From contig NC_135662.1 of assembly GCF_964188315.1 (NCBI RefSeq), forward strand, positions 61,256,001 through 61,320,000: 64,000 nt of DNA. The letters are read 5' to 3'. The notes beneath the pieces were generated by a model. It had not been told where the DNA came from. It saw only the letters and a program-made list of their open reading frames with translations, and searched no databases. The translations under genes and the position numbers were made by a program. Source of the stretch: Podarcis muralis. Taxonomy: Eukaryota. How positions within the stretch are numbered: position 1 is the stretch's first letter; the number at the start of each line of letters is the position of its first letter. This document shows, one piece after another, positions 37,142-51,387 of this stretch.

Positions 37142-37888
37142 GTAAGTGACTTTATTCATGGTTTTTCTCTTCTTGTCTTACAATAAGGCAGCAGCCAGCG
37201 AACTGGCTTTGTACTGAACCTTTTGTGAATACTGTATATATAATAGTTGGTGAACAGTGAAGGGATCCTGTGCAGACATAGATGGAAATCGGATTAATAT
37301 CAGAGGGTAGTGTTCCCCCCCCCATTAGAAAAATTCAGAGTTTTAATAAAATAATGCCTTATCGATCTAAATTGGAGCTTTTGATTAAGAGTACAGATTC
37401 TTTCTAAGCCTGGGTGTTCCAAGATTTCAACCCCAGAGAATTCTCTACTTCCAAGGGGAAAAAAACCCTCCAACAAAACAGATATCTAAATATGAGTAAC
37501 ACATGTGCGTTTATCTTGAAAATAATTGTCAGAGAACTCTTTGCTTCTAGTTACATGAAGTTAGAAGAACTTTTTATAGACTGACCTGAAATTAAATAAA
37601 TTACTACATTTTGAATTCCACCATTGCAAGAAGTATAGGGTATAGTTTTAGCCTCACAACCACACAGTGAGGTAAGTTCAGACTGAGGATTATGTATGTT
37701 TTCCTTTATTCTGTTTCCCTCTCCCCCATAATTTCAAAATTTAGAAGAGCATGCTAAGGAAATGTAACTTTATGAGTCTATTATTATTTAAGTCTGCAGG
37801 TGTTTAGCAAACCAGTGTATAAACCCAACATTAAAGATGTGTCTGTTGAATTCATTTCATATTTCTGTGTCCATTCCTGGTAAATGTA

Positions 37889-38130
37889 CAGTGGTACCTC
37901 AGGTTAAGTACTTAATTCGTTCCGGAGGTCCATACTTAACCTGAAACTGTTCTTAACCTGAAGCACCACTTTAGCTAATGGGGCCTCCTGCTGCTGCCGT
38001 GCTGCCGGACCACAATTTCTGTTCTCATCCTGAAGCAAAGTTCTTAACCCTAGGTAATATTTCTGGCTTAGCAGAGTCTGTAACCTGAAGCGTATGTAAC
38101 CTGAAGCGTATGTAACCCGAGGTACCACTG
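37889..38130. mobile_element. Tc1/mariner-type MITE
   Basis: cagtggtacctcaggtt...aacccgaggtaccactg, TA flanks; same family as 46053-46278 and 49323-49564. Confidence 0.9.
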
Positions 38131-38801
38131 TACTTACAAACACATCTTACATTGCTCTTTCAGCAAGTGTTTTACAATCCTTACTTCATTTCTCTCCTCT
38201 ACAGTTTTGAGGTAGGGAATTGCTACTTGCATTTCTCCAAAACCACTCAATAAATCCAAGATCAAGCTAATATATTTTTTCCTTTTGAAAAAGTGTTTCC
38301 CCCCCTCTTATTATTTCTTAAATTAATATACTGCCCTCCATCCAATGATCACAGGGTACCTTAAGGTATAAAAACACAAAAATACATAACCAAAAAACCC
38401 CCACATTTAAAGGCCATAAATTGGGGGTTTTCTTCTAAGCAAGTGGGGTTTTTTCATGAGCACTGTCAAAATAAACCGAAACAATGGAGGCTGTGAGCAG
38501 GAATATGTTAAATTGTCATTTACCTGCAGTAATCAGGTGTGGGAGAATTTATAGAGTTCTAGTCTTGTCTTCTATATTTTATGGTTGCCCATATGCCTGA
38601 AACAATTTAAATTGGTATTTGGTGGGCAGGCCAGTAACTTCTGAGACCTTATTAGCAAGGCTGAGAATATGACAAATGCTGTGTCCTAGGAAGAACAGTC
38701 TACACGTAAGACACTTAGCACAAGGTACAAAAAGTCAATTTGTATCTGATTTCCATTCGTTGCAAACATTTACCACATACATATCTTTATTGCATTCCAG
38801 A

Positions 38802-38877
38802 ATGGGGTTGGACTGGATTGGTTTTGGCTATGCAGCTTTAGTGGCTTCTGGCGGGATGATTGGCTATGCAAAAGCAG
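38802..38877 (+). CDS. TMEM14C: Transmembrane protein 14C, first coding exon
   Basis: [25 protein letters not shown] matches human [22 protein letters not shown]; acceptor at 38800; four exons join to 324 nt = 107 aa. Confidence 0.95.
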
Positions 38878-41612
38878 GTATAGTATTGATGTCGCCTCAC
38901 AGTCTTGTTTTCTGGTGTTAAATAGCAATTTCAAACATGGTGCCCTCCAGCAGTTATTGGACTCCAGTTCCCATCAGCTCTAGCTAACAGAACCAATGGT
39001 CAAGGATAATGGGAGTTGTAGCCCCGCACATCTGGAGGGCACCAAGTTAGGAAACGCAGAATTATATTCTCTAAAATGGAGGTCCCTCTTGAAAAAACGG
39101 AAAACTTCCAACTATGCATTCCTACTATCAGTCTATATACAGATACCAAGTTGCTGTTACTAGTTTTTGCTGTAGGGTGCTGATTAGCAGTTGTAGGGAA
39201 CTGACACCCTTCCTATGAAAAAGTGCTTTAGGAAGATAAGGGCACAGGCAGAGCTATGCTGATAATCTATGGCAAGACCCGAAACGTTTGCATGTTGCAG
39301 GCCATATTGTTTTCCCCTGAGTTGCGCACAGTGCCCATCGAGGTGTCAAATATTCACTAAAATTTTACTCAGAGTAGTACTGAAATTAATGAAGATTAGG
39401 TCCAACAATTTCAATGGGGTTACATAAAACTAAGTTAAATACCACCCATGGTTATTTGAACAAACTTGTTGCACTGTGATTCTAACATGTAGATTTTCAC
39501 CTCTGCAGCACAGCTAAACAGTGTATCTTGTGTTGCAATGGCACATTGTTAGCATTGACAGAACTTACCTACTCTGCCTAGAAACAAGAACTTCCTTAAC
39601 GTTTTGAGGGAAGCAGAAAAACCCCTCAGAAAAAAACAATAATTTGTTTGAGGGGGTTGGAATATATGTAATATGTATTTTCCTACCAAACCTAACATAC
39701 ACGCAACTACTTAGGCAGCAAGTAATGTATTTTGTGTTCATAGAGGGAAATAATTGTTGGGGTTTTTTTCTCCTCATGGTTTTATTTCTACAAATGAATA
39801 ATTTAACAAGAAAGGTCTCTCAAGAACTGATGGTAGCAGTTCTGTAACAAAAGCCGTTCAGGGCATATTTTTCTCTGGGCTTGCATGTATAACTTCCATT
39901 AACCTTGATGGAAAATCGATGTATTGATTTGTGATGATACTCTTCACGTGGTGAGGGGCTTCTCACAGGATTCTTCTTGCAGCATTTTGAGTAGTTGGAA
40001 TGATGGTTAGAGACATAATGGTCTCTGGGAATAAGTGTCAAGGTGGGGAGGGGTGGACCCAGATGGAAGATTTTTTTTTGGTTTATTTTGTCCTTCATTT
40101 TAACTTCTCTGTGGCTAGAAGGCAAGCAAATCAAAATTTAAAAGAGGGAAGTAATAACCTAATGCCATTTTTTTTAAGATATCTAGGAGGAGAGATCTAA
40201 GCATTTGAATTCCAGGACTAGCTTTTTATTCACAAGGGCATTATGAAAATGACAGATCACACACTGATGATGAGAATAACAAATCATTGCAAGTCATTTC
40301 AGTGGCATGATGGAAGGAAGGCAGAATGCCTAGACAGAAAATACTCAAGGCTGTTTTAACAGTGCCCTTGATGCTTCAAGTCCAATTAGGTTTGTCCTGC
40401 AAATGGAACAAGTGGTGTTAGAAATCGGTGTTGAGTGCTCCCTTAAGCCTTATTAATGGCACCATTCACCAGTAGCCAAAGGTGGTGACATTTCATCAAT
40501 TTCGTTTGCAGGTCACCTCTTTATATATAAACTGATAATGGGAGTAGAAGCAGCCTCCTGAGGCCACTTTCCTAGAATAGCGCAGGATTATCCTTTGCCC
40601 AGAGTAACTGTACTAAGGGCTCATTTAAAAGGACACTAAAGTGAATGTTGAGTTACACCAAAGTAAATGTTGAGTTTTACTATGGGGAAGTTGTGAGGAG
40701 ACAACAGAAAGAACAGGGGGTATGTGCTTATTTGCTTTTTAAGGTAGATTTCTATTTCTGGTTTGTAGGCTGGCCCGATGTAATGTCAAACTTCGATGTG
40801 ATCAAACCATAAAGTGAGAGAGGGAATTAGAGTGCATGAGAGAAGGAGCGAGTATCTATGTTCAGCACCTGGACAAAAAAACAGGCCATGGTTTGCTGTT
40901 ATATGTGAACAATGTCTTCATCTTTGAGTAGATGAGCAATACTACTAGCCTTTTTTATTATGTGAAAAATATGTTCATCCTTCAAGTATTTAAAAGGGGA
41001 AATTTAAATAGTTGGGGTAAACCTTACCTGTTTCCCAGATGGCACATATGATTATGAGGTTAGCATAGTGCACTGGTCTTCCATCTGGTGGGCTGCAGCC
41101 TGATTCAAGGTGGGTTGCAATAGGAGTTTAAAAAATGGGTCCTCAAATGCATGTTTTGATGACAAGTGGGTTCTTAGTCTGAATAGGTTGAAGCTATCTG
41201 GGACAGCAGATACCACATATTTGGAAGGCAGGACTTTTCATGTTTTTCAGACCATGTTTTTCAATACCAACAGGCAACATTGCACCTACTTAATTTTTAT
41301 TTAATTTTTTTACAATATACAGTCATCTTTCTCCTCTGTTTTTAGCATGCTCTACCTTACTTTGCCTTCACTTACCAAAACCTTCAAAGAAAATGGTGGT
41401 CCCACTGGTGCGACCAACCTTACATGCGGATCTGACCCCACCAGTTCAGGGCTTGCGCTATAAAGCATCAGATCAATTCAAATATTAAACATTTGAGCAA
41501 TGCTTTTTTTTAGCTGAAAATTGCTTAGAACAGAATAAATTTTGTTGGTTTGGTTTATATACCCCGTTTGTATCTACAGCTTAACAAACATTGCTTGTTT
41601 TATTTATTCCAG

Positions 41613-41714
41613 GTAGTGTCCCATCTTTAGCTGCTGGTCTTCTTTTTGGGAGCTTAGCAGGACTTGGAGCTTACCAACTTTCTCAAGACCCAAAAAACAT
41701 TTGGCTTTCACTGA
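41613..41714 (+). CDS. TMEM14C: TMEM14C coding exon 2
   Basis: [34 protein letters not shown]; 102 nt. Confidence 0.96.
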
Positions 41715-42607
41715 GTAAGCATAACTGGGGAAATGTATATATGTGAATTACGTAAAAGTAACTCTTAACCACAACCCTTTGAATGCATCTAATGTATTTT
41801 ATTTCATTGGTGTACTATAACAACAGCAACCAAACCACTTGATACAAGCAGCAAAGTTAAATACCAATTTTATCAGGAGGCTGATTTGGAATAAATGTGG
41901 GGTCCTTTCATGTGTGATGCTGTGTGTTGTACCAGGAAGCTGATTCTGGAGCACACGTGCATAGCATCATTTGATGAATTAAACCACATGCGTCAGTTAA
42001 AGCAATCCTAAACACACTTACTAGGGAGCTACCCCATCCCAACACAGTAGGACATCATCAGGGATGATGGGAGTTGTAGTCCATCATCTGGAGGACAGCT
42101 GGTTCCCCATCCCTGCTCTGAGATATATCCCATGCTCCCTATTGTGTGCTGTGATGCAACTTGCAATTAGAAAAGTGCCTCTGAACATCCCTTAAGAGTA
42201 CATTTTGTCAGCTGCTTAGCCCAATTGCACAATGCTGGCTTTTTCACTACTTTTCTCTGAGGTTAGATTTTAGGTAGAAGTAGATTATTCATCTTACAGT
42301 TCATCATTTCTGTCTGGCAATAATAATAGTAATAATAATAATGTGTAATTTGAACTTGGTGTGAAATTTCTGGAGCATTTTGTTGATTAGGTGGTCAACA
42401 AATTTTCAAAATAAATATTAAATAATTGTTTGGTTGCAGTTGTTACTAAGGAGTGTAAAACGGTTACATTGGTACACATCTTTGAGCTGTGTGTGTGTCC
42501 ATGTTTGTGCATAATTAAGTTGATAACTTGGCTTTTTTAATCATTGCCCTCAAGTGGGCAGAAACGCCCCTGATATAATGCTGCTTCTGTTTCTATCTTT
42601 CAATTAG

Positions 42608-42695
42608 TTGCTTCTGGAACCTTAGCTGGTATTATGGGCATGAGATTCTACAACTCGGGGAAATTCATGCCTGCAGGACTGATTGCTGGTGCAAG
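42608..42695 (+). CDS. TMEM14C: TMEM14C coding exon 3
   Basis: [29 protein letters not shown]; 88 nt. Confidence 0.96.
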
Positions 42696-43634
42696 GTATT
42701 ATGCTGCGTGTTTATTTTATTTATTTTGCTTTTGACATTAAGGCTACATTCCTGTTGCATACATGCCAGTTAAAATCAGTGGGACATACCAGCACTTCTA
42801 AACAGGCACAGTTAGGATCAGGCTCTAATTTTAGTTTTATAAAATTGCATTCTAGAAGCTGTACTGCATAACCCTTTTTTGGGATAAGCAATTTCGTTGT
42901 GCATTTCGGTACTTTTTATTAGATAAGATCATTTTATTAAGCAAGATCTGGTTTAGATTGACCCATTCCATGGCTTTCAAGACTATACATGCCGGCCACC
43001 TTTCGAAACCTTCTCTTCTCCCCCTGCTCCATCTCCCATAATCTATATTCCACTCATTGGCAACCAAATCCTCTTATTAGCCATCCCTTCAGCCAATCAG
43101 CAGTTGACTTGTTGATAGCTTAATTAAAATTCTTAAGTTGCCTTTCTTAAACATGTCCCAAGATGAGTTACAGATATACAAAATACACAACATTGTAAAA
43201 TGAAACAACAGTGAAACCATATAATACTAAAAGCATGCATTCCATAAAAATTAACAAAACAGAAGTGGTGTACTCTGAAGCCAAATCAACCTGGTGGCTA
43301 CGTCTGCATTTCTCCAGGAAGGGAGATTTTCTCACTTGCACTGTAGACCCGTTGGGAGAGATGGGGGCACAGGCTGTCTTAGCACTGCCAAAAAATGAGA
43401 CAAGCGTTACCTGGTCCTGAGGAACTGCATGGTTCCAGTTTGGGAAGGCTGAGAGTTGGGGCTACTGACAGAATGGAGAACTACTGGACAACATGCTTGC
43501 TTTCTCCCATTTCTGTCCCAGCCTCCAAAATAAAATATTGGAGGTGTGTTGCACAGTCAGAAGAGCAATTGTGTAGGAGGCGGCTTCGCACAGTTCTGTC
43601 ATATAGATAAACTTGACTACATTTTCCTTTAAAG

Positions 43635-43692
43635 CCTCCTGATGGTTGGGAGACTTGGACTGAAGATGTATGAAAAGCCACATGAAGGATAA
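43635..43692 (+). CDS. TMEM14C: TMEM14C last coding exon
   Basis: SLLMVGRLGLKMYEKPHEG*; 58 nt. Confidence 0.93.
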
Positions 43693-46052
43693 CAGGACCT
43701 CACACGAGGCTTGAGACACATGGATAAGAAGACTGAACACCAGGCACCAGGATGAATGTGCTATGGGAAAGAGAAGGACAAAGAAAGAGCACGCCCTAAA
43801 TATTGAGGGTCCTAATTTTTAAAAACTTATGATAGAGGTCATTGACAGTGTCTTATTGTGTACAGAAATGTTTCCTTTTCACATTCTAGAAGTAACTACT
43901 GTTTATGATATGAAATTCAGTGTGGTATATTTGTTGTCGATGAAGACAATGTGTGTTGACTAGAAAGGCAAAGGCAGGCTTTTGGCTTAACCGATAAAGA
44001 GATTATAAATTACAAGGCAGCAGGGAAGGCGTGGCTGAATGCAGTTTTTATCTGTTCTGTTGCATGGAAGCAGCAGAGAACAGGGTCGGCCTGGCTTCCA
44101 CCATGGCCCATATTGCTTTATTCTAAAAGCTGTGGGAATAGTCCCTTATGCTGGTGTTCTGACGTAACAGTACTCTTCCAAATTCACGTAGTAATAACAT
44201 TTACAAGGATGTATATAAAGGCAAATTTGATTGAGAGCCCTCATCTTACCTGCTTCTTATAGCATGTCCAGGGAGCCTTTGTCGCTTCAGATGTTGTTGG
44301 ATTCCAACTCCCATCAGCCTCAGCCAGTAGGGTCAATGGTCAGGGATGATGGGAGTTGTGGTCCAGCAACCACTGGAAGGCCACAGCATATTCACCCCTC
44401 TCACATATAGGACGTTTTTGCAGCCATTGTAAGTCGCTGCAGATGCCATCATAGTTTCAGCAGAGGAGAGGATCAGGCTTAACCCTGATGGAGTTTTCAG
44501 CTAGGAGCTTGCTTCTATAGAAACATAAGGGTAATATTTTTCTTACCATGTTAAGTAAAATGCTACTGGTTTTTGTTTTTGTTTTTAATTAAACAGATAG
44601 AATTATGGTAGTCAAAACTATTCTTTACTGGATTGGTATACTTTTGTGCTCTTCTTTTTTCGAACTTATTTTTATTATTATTTTTGAAAGATGCAGTCTT
44701 TGATCGTATATCCATGTCATATCTTTTTTAATATAATGAATTGGTGGGAAATACTGAATTCAATCCATATATGATATTTTCTTACAGCATTAAACCCTAT
44801 GCAGACAACTTGACATTTCTGTTGTGATTGATTTATAAGTAACAATTGCTTTCATAGTGTTTGTAACCAAATGGAAAAAAGTTTCCATAGTTATTCGACC
44901 AGACATTTTCACATCTTTGAGAAAAATGGTGCAATGCCCAAAACGTGGGAAGCTATTCAAGTTGTGATTTGTATACTGGGTGTGACAGGGACACTAACGT
45001 TTTAGTTAGGATAAACAGGATAAATCATTGTGTGATGCATCCATAAAGAGTGGAGGCTCAGGCAAAAACCTTAGTCTGATTGCCAGTGTGTAGAATGTGG
45101 GTCTGTGCTGTGTGATGGGCAGAAATTCAGCAGCGATCCTTTCCTATCACTGTGGTCCTATGATGAAAAATGCTCTATGCACCTCTACCAGCAAAAATTA
45201 ACAACGTTGTTGGGACCCCTGCCCTGAAGAAGAATGAATGGGAGGTGTTTGTTGCTAACTAACATTCAGTTAGTCTTGTTAGAGGTTTGTTTCACTCATG
45301 ACCCAACTATGTATTGCAGAAAATAAGAATGGTCAAAATTCTTTGGTTTGCACTATTACATGGGTGCTAAAACCAAAGGATTTATCATGTGGTTGGCAGG
45401 CCACAGTATCTGACTAGTGTGCTACCTTTAGTCTGGGGGAAGCAGGTGGACAATTTTGATAGCCTACTGTAGATTGAACATGCACATATAGCACGCAGTG
45501 TCTCTATATGATAATATGGATGACATGAAATGATAGGCTAAAGCCGCTTCTGCATTTTAGGCAGCCAATGTGAATGGATAACAAAGGGAAAGGTCAAAAG
45601 TGATGGGGTACAACAAGCTTGGGGGGGAGCCTCCAAGCAGACCTCTCCAGAGACAAATGTATGGCTCTGGTTTGAACAGACACATTAAAATAATACGTTG
45701 TGTGTGGATTGTATCTGCATTAGCATTTGCAGGTTGAGACGACAGAGGGTGCTAAAAAGCTTTGCTGTCTCAGATAGGATTAATATGGAATTAAAAAAAA
45801 ACACACAGATGAAACATGAAAATGTAAATCCAAGCTTCAACTTCTTGGATAGAAATTGTGCTGTTACGATAAGACATGCTTGTTGGCTAAAGAAACTTGT
45901 ACATGAGAACGGAATCGAATTTCAGGAATGATGGTTTGCAGCATACTCTTGAGTTCAACATTATGGGAGCTGTTGTCTGCAGCATTTGGAGGGCTACAGG
46001 TTCCCTAACCCGGACATACTCCCATCTGATCTTCAGGAGCCACTTCCCTGTA

Positions 46053-46278
46053 CAGTGGTCCCTCGGGTTAAGAACTTAATTCGTTCTGGAGGTCCGTTCT
46101 TAACCTGAAACTGTTCTTAACCTGAGACCCCACTTTAGCTAATGGGGCCTTCCGCTGCTGTGCCACCACTGCCACACAATTTCTGTTCTCATCCTGAAGC
46201 AAAGTTCTTAACCCGAAGTACTATTTCTGGGTTAGCGGAGTCTGTAACCTGAAGTGTCTGTAACCTGAGGTACCACTG
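46053..46278. mobile_element. Tc1/mariner-type MITE
   Basis: cagtggtccctcgggtt...aacctgaggtaccactg, TA flanks. Confidence 0.88.
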
Positions 46279-49200
46279 TACTGAGAGAATTAAGAAGCTC
46301 TTTTAAACTAGATTACCTGAATGAGTCAGGGAAAGGTAAATCCAGTGATGACCAACTGCAGGCTGGTTCCTGAACTTTCTCATTTCAATATGAGATATAT
46401 ATATATATAGAGAGAGAGAGAGTGTGTACAAAACATCACCCTCCAACAAGTATTTACATGTGAAATATGCTGACAGACAAGCACTATTTGGATCAGTTTC
46501 ATGGCCAGCAGCAGAAGAGGGTACAGAATCCAAATCCACTTTGTAACCTCAAGTAAGGAATCCTAACACTCATGCAGAAAGGCAATTAGCTGTGTAAGTA
46601 GCAGAGGCTCACTGGAATAAAGGTTGTAATGTTCCTTCAAAGGCACAGGGGACTTGCTTATCAGGTGCACTGTAGAAAAAGAGATGGAATTAATGTTATC
46701 CCTTAGCAGGGCTGCAGGGTCTGGCAGATTTATTAGTCCCTTCCTCTCATAAACATGTCATCCTCAGGAGTTGATTCCAAATTCTGTTTTATTAGCGTTC
46801 AGCTCCACATCAAGAAGAGCATAAACAGGCTGCTGAAGAACAGTGGGGAGAAAATGCATTAAATGTTTCTAAGACAAAAACAGGTGCAGTTGAACCTTGG
46901 ATTGTTAGGCAATGCTTGGAAATGCAGGATTATGTTCTCAGGGCTGAGAGAACTGTGTTGTCTCAAATTACTAGAAGCTGCTTATCGTTGTTAAGAGTGT
47001 GATCCAGGGAGTTCCAGGTTCAATCTCAACTTAATTCACCTAATGAGCTATTGTTCAGCTCCTTTCTAATAATTATAATTATTATAATTATTATTATTTA
47101 TTTATACCCCACCTATCTGGCTGGGTTTCCCCAGCCAGTCTGGGCAGCATCCAGCATATATAAAAAAGTAATAGAATTTTTGAGTAAAAGCAGCATCATG
47201 TTCACATGCACTGAGGTACCCTGTCATTAGAGCTGAGCATCAATTTAACTCACTGCTCCATGTAAGGTTGCTCCATGCATGTGGTTCTTCCTGAGCCACT
47301 TATAGACTCTGAAAGAGGTGCAGAAGTCCAGAAGAAATAGGATGAACATTGTGGTGGCAGAACAATGCGGTAGTGGTTGGATATCCAGGTGGAAAAGAGC
47401 ACAGGGCCCCTGCACCCTCAACAGTTGTGTAGAAGACTTTCAACTGATGTATCTCCATTACTCACTAAGCCACCCTAGGTAATAGTGTGACATGCAGTAG
47501 TGGAGATTGCTCTCATACTTGCTTTGCTGTCATAGAAACTAGGAGCACATAGTCCATCACACTTTTCAGAAGAGATTTGTTTATTTTTTGCTATTTGCTC
47601 TGCAGTTTGCCAGTCTGGACACCCCCCCCCCCCCCCGGCCACCTTACCAAGTAGAGTGAAATGACTGCCTCAGGTCATGAAAGGGAAAAGCAAACTATTA
47701 ACAGCTTCTGCTCCTTTCAGCTCCCTGCATGTCCCCAAAATCAGCTCTGGAGGGTTGAGAGGTATGGAGGAAGAGAGGAAACGGAAGTCCCATTGCGCCA
47801 GCACAACTATGCACAGAGAGCATTGGATACAACTCATTGTATTTGTACTCCAGGGAGAGGCTTTGTTCTTTCAGGTGCCAAAATATCTGTAATACAAAGC
47901 TACTAGTTGCAAGCATCACTGAAAGAATGAATGTAATGCACATTGAACTACGCAGAGATGGTGTACAGTATTGTTGGCATTAATGTCATCTGAGTACCTT
48001 AAAAAAGTGAGGCCTGCAGCTTCATATTCTAAATATTTTTCAAGCCCTAACGCCTAGGTAACATTTAGCCATGCAAAGTTATTGTTGTCACAAGTATGAT
48101 TTGTTGCAATTATTTTTGCCTAGAGAAGAATCTGAATTTGTTACTGCAAGGTGGAAGGGTGTTAGCTCAGAATCCCAGATATTCTTCAATTTATTGCAAG
48201 GCTGACATTACAAGGCGATCAAAATAATTACAACAGTACCAGATCCTTCCTGTTTCTAAAGGGCAATTAAAAGAGAAAGAATTCGTCTGTATATCAATGG
48301 AGAATGAGACTGAAGCTAGGAAAGAACAAGGATTGGCCAATTAAACAGCCTTATTAAATGAGAGCTAATTATGTTAATCTCTCCATTTCTTTCCTACCCC
48401 AGGCTTAATGCAGCCACAATGAAGGGAGGTTTGGACAAAGGCAGCACACAAAGGTCAACCTAGCCTTAATTGTCTTGTTTAAACTTATACTCTCAAAGTA
48501 TAAGTTGCTGTCTTGAATGAAAATGTAGCATTGTGACACTGCAAAACTAGCTGCATTACAAATTATTCTTGGCTTCAGTGCTCCATTTCATGGGATTAAT
48601 TTTTTCCCAAAGTGATATAAGCAGAGCTGAAATGTTAGTATAGCATCAATCTTGTTTAAGATATTTATATTAGTTGGAGTGTTTGATCTGCCGCTGCTTC
48701 TTTCTTTCACTATTGGTTATTTCAGATTTTAGTGTTGTTTTAATATGCTGACTAGATAATAAACTGCTTTGAGCATTTACCGGTATTTAAACAGAAAGGC
48801 GGGATAAAAATATTTTAAAATGAATAGCAAAATAAATTGAATAAATTTTTACAGCCAACATGCTGAATCTTTACACGGAAGATGTCCTGATGCCAAGGCA
48901 CAATTCAGTGGTGGTGTAGAGGAGGAAATTTCAGCTGGTGTAACTTGTGTGTCTCCTGACGGACCATCATTACCTGCCAAAATTCCCCCCTCTAGAAAGC
49001 TAAAGGTCATTCCGTCATTCTATCCCAGGTTTGTCAGTGCAGTATGCTTGGGCACCAATGTGCCCAACAGTACCTACAAAAGGTTTTAGTAAAACAATTC
49101 CTTCCTTCAAAAATCCACAATGCTTTTGAGTAGCTGCTTTTCCCACTCAGTTGCTGTTGAAATGGGTTGACCTCTCCTACATAGCCCCATGGCAGCCATT

Positions 49201-49283
49201 TTGTGTTCTGCCCCACCTGCACACCAGCCATTTCATTACTGGCCCCATGGCACTTTCTCAAAATCACAAATGTGCCCACTGTC

Positions 49284-51387
49284 TATTAAATGTTTGGAAA
49301 AAGTCAGAAGCCCAAGGCAGTACAGTGGTACCTCGGGTTAAGTACTTAATTTGTTCCGGAGGTCAGTTCTTAACCTGAAACTGTTCTTAACCTGAAACAC
49401 CACTTTAGCTAATGGGGCCTCCTGCTGCTGCCGCGCCGCCAGAGCACGATTTCTGTTCTCATACTGAAGTAAAGTTCTTAACCCAAGGTACTATTTCTGG
49501 GTTCGTGGAGTCTGTAACCTGAAGCGTATGTAACCTGAAGCGTATGTAACACGAGGTACCACTGTATAAGTTCCTCAACTAAGTTTATTCAACATTTGTC
49601 AGTGACAACAGCTCACTCATAGGAACACAAGAACCAAACTGACTGGACAACACAATAATAATCCTGAGCATGAACTGACCGTTGACAGTTGACAGTTGAA
49701 AGAGCATGCACTTACTTGCCATTAGAATGTTCGTCTACCAATGCTTCTACGATTGGTTAGAACACACCTTGTAACATAAAATGTGTTAAACCCAATATAT
49801 AACACTCCTCCCCCAAACTTCCTAAAAAAAGGAACAAACATAGTCATCAAGGTGTGCCAGCCTTTTCTGCTCCCGCTGGGACCATCGTGGTTCCTGTGCC
49901 CAAGTGGGTGACCCAGGAGGTTCCTCCGGTACCCGTGGTCTGAGTGGGGCGGTCAGCGAGACCGACTTTGAAGGGGTCACTGCTGATAGAGCCTGTGTTC
50001 GCCCTGCTGGTGTAACTCAGTCACCGGCAACCTGTCTGGTTCCCACCCTGGCCTGGGCACAGAATCTCCCGAGGTACCCTTGTCCTCTGGTTCCACTTGA
50101 AGTTCTGTGTTTGGAGGTGCCCTGGCTGATCTGGTCGAGGTGTCTCTTCCAAACCAGTCCCCCCTCCAACCCTTCCTCATAGGAAACCGGACCTGTACAG
50201 CGGGCAATGATACCAGGGACCCAACCCTGTCCGGGCCCATAGTTTCGGACGTACACAGTGTCCCCTGGGGAGAACCCTCTTGGAGCCCCCCGCACCACAG
50301 TGGATGGTCGTTGCTCAAGAGCCCAGTCAGGGTGCATACGATAAAGGAGGGTAGTGAGCCTCCTCCCCATAAGCAACTCTGCCGGGCTCCGGCCAGTCAC
50401 TGCACTTGAGGTGATGTGTTGGGCCAATAAGAACTCCACTAACCGGAGAGTCTAGTCTCCATGAACTATGCGCCTAAGTGCATCTTTGGTAGAACGGACC
50501 ATGCATTCAGCTTGGCCGTTAGTCGCCATGTGAAAAGGAGCGGAACGAATGTGGCTGATTCCATTCTTGGTTACAAATTCTTTGAATTCCGCCAAAGTAA
50601 AAGTGGTCCCATTATCACTCACCAGTGTGTCTGGCAAGCCATGTGTCGCAAATAGCTTCCTGAGCGCGTTTATAGTCACTCTAGCGGACTCAGTTGAGGT
50701 CGGCACCACCTTGAGCCACTTGGACTGAGAATCGACCACTATTAGGAAGTGTTGGCCCTGAAAAGGCCCCACGAAATCCACGTACACCCGAGACCATGGG
50801 GACTGTGTGGACTCCCAGGACTGTACTAGTGCCTTGGGTGGATCCGGCCGGGAGACCTGGCAGGGCTCACAACGTTTCACCCAGCCCTCTATCTCCGCAT
50901 CTATGCCTGGCCACAACACATAGCTACGGGCCAATGCCTTCATCTGGACGATCCCCGAGTGAGACACATGCAGCCCTTCTAAGACTTCTTTCCTTAATGG
51001 GGAGTGGGGGGACTATGACACAGCTGCCCCGTAACACACATCCTTGGTGAGTAGACAGCTTGTATTTGCAGGGTGTGTAGCATGAAAATTCTGAACCCGG
51101 CTTCCCAGGCCACCCCCTTCCCACCCAGTCCGAGACGCGGGACAACAGCCTATCCTTTGCGGTTGCAGCGGCAATGTCCTTCACATGCAAGGGCTGGTCC
51201 AGTAAGAAGACAAGAACCAAACTGACTGGACAACACAATAATAATCCCGAGCATGAACTGACCGTTGACAGTTGACAGTTGAAAGAGCATGCGCTTACTT
51301 GCCATTAGAATGTTCGTCTACCAATGCTTCTACGATTGGTTAGAACACGCTTTGTAACATAAAATGTGTTAAACCCAATACATAACA
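49284..51387 (-). mobile_element. Internally deleted Gypsy (Ty3) LTR retrotransposon
   Basis: 5-bp TSD ctgtc (49279-49283, 51388-51392); LTR copies 49627-49804 and 51210-51387; polypurine tract at 49805-49815; frameshifted integrase with H..SGIVQMKALARSY..C..C and DFVGP / DNGT / NGQAE motifs. Confidence 0.92.
49323..49564. mobile_element. Tc1/mariner-type MITE inserted in the Gypsy 3' LTR
   Basis: cagtggtacctcgggtt...gaggtaccactg, TA flanks. Confidence 0.9.

Noticed and set aside
39790-40020. Minus-strand stretch with IITNQY, reminiscent of PDLIM1, and QNAARRIL, reminiscent of L2 RT
   Set aside because: Matches are only 4-6 residues with flanking stops; consistent with chance.
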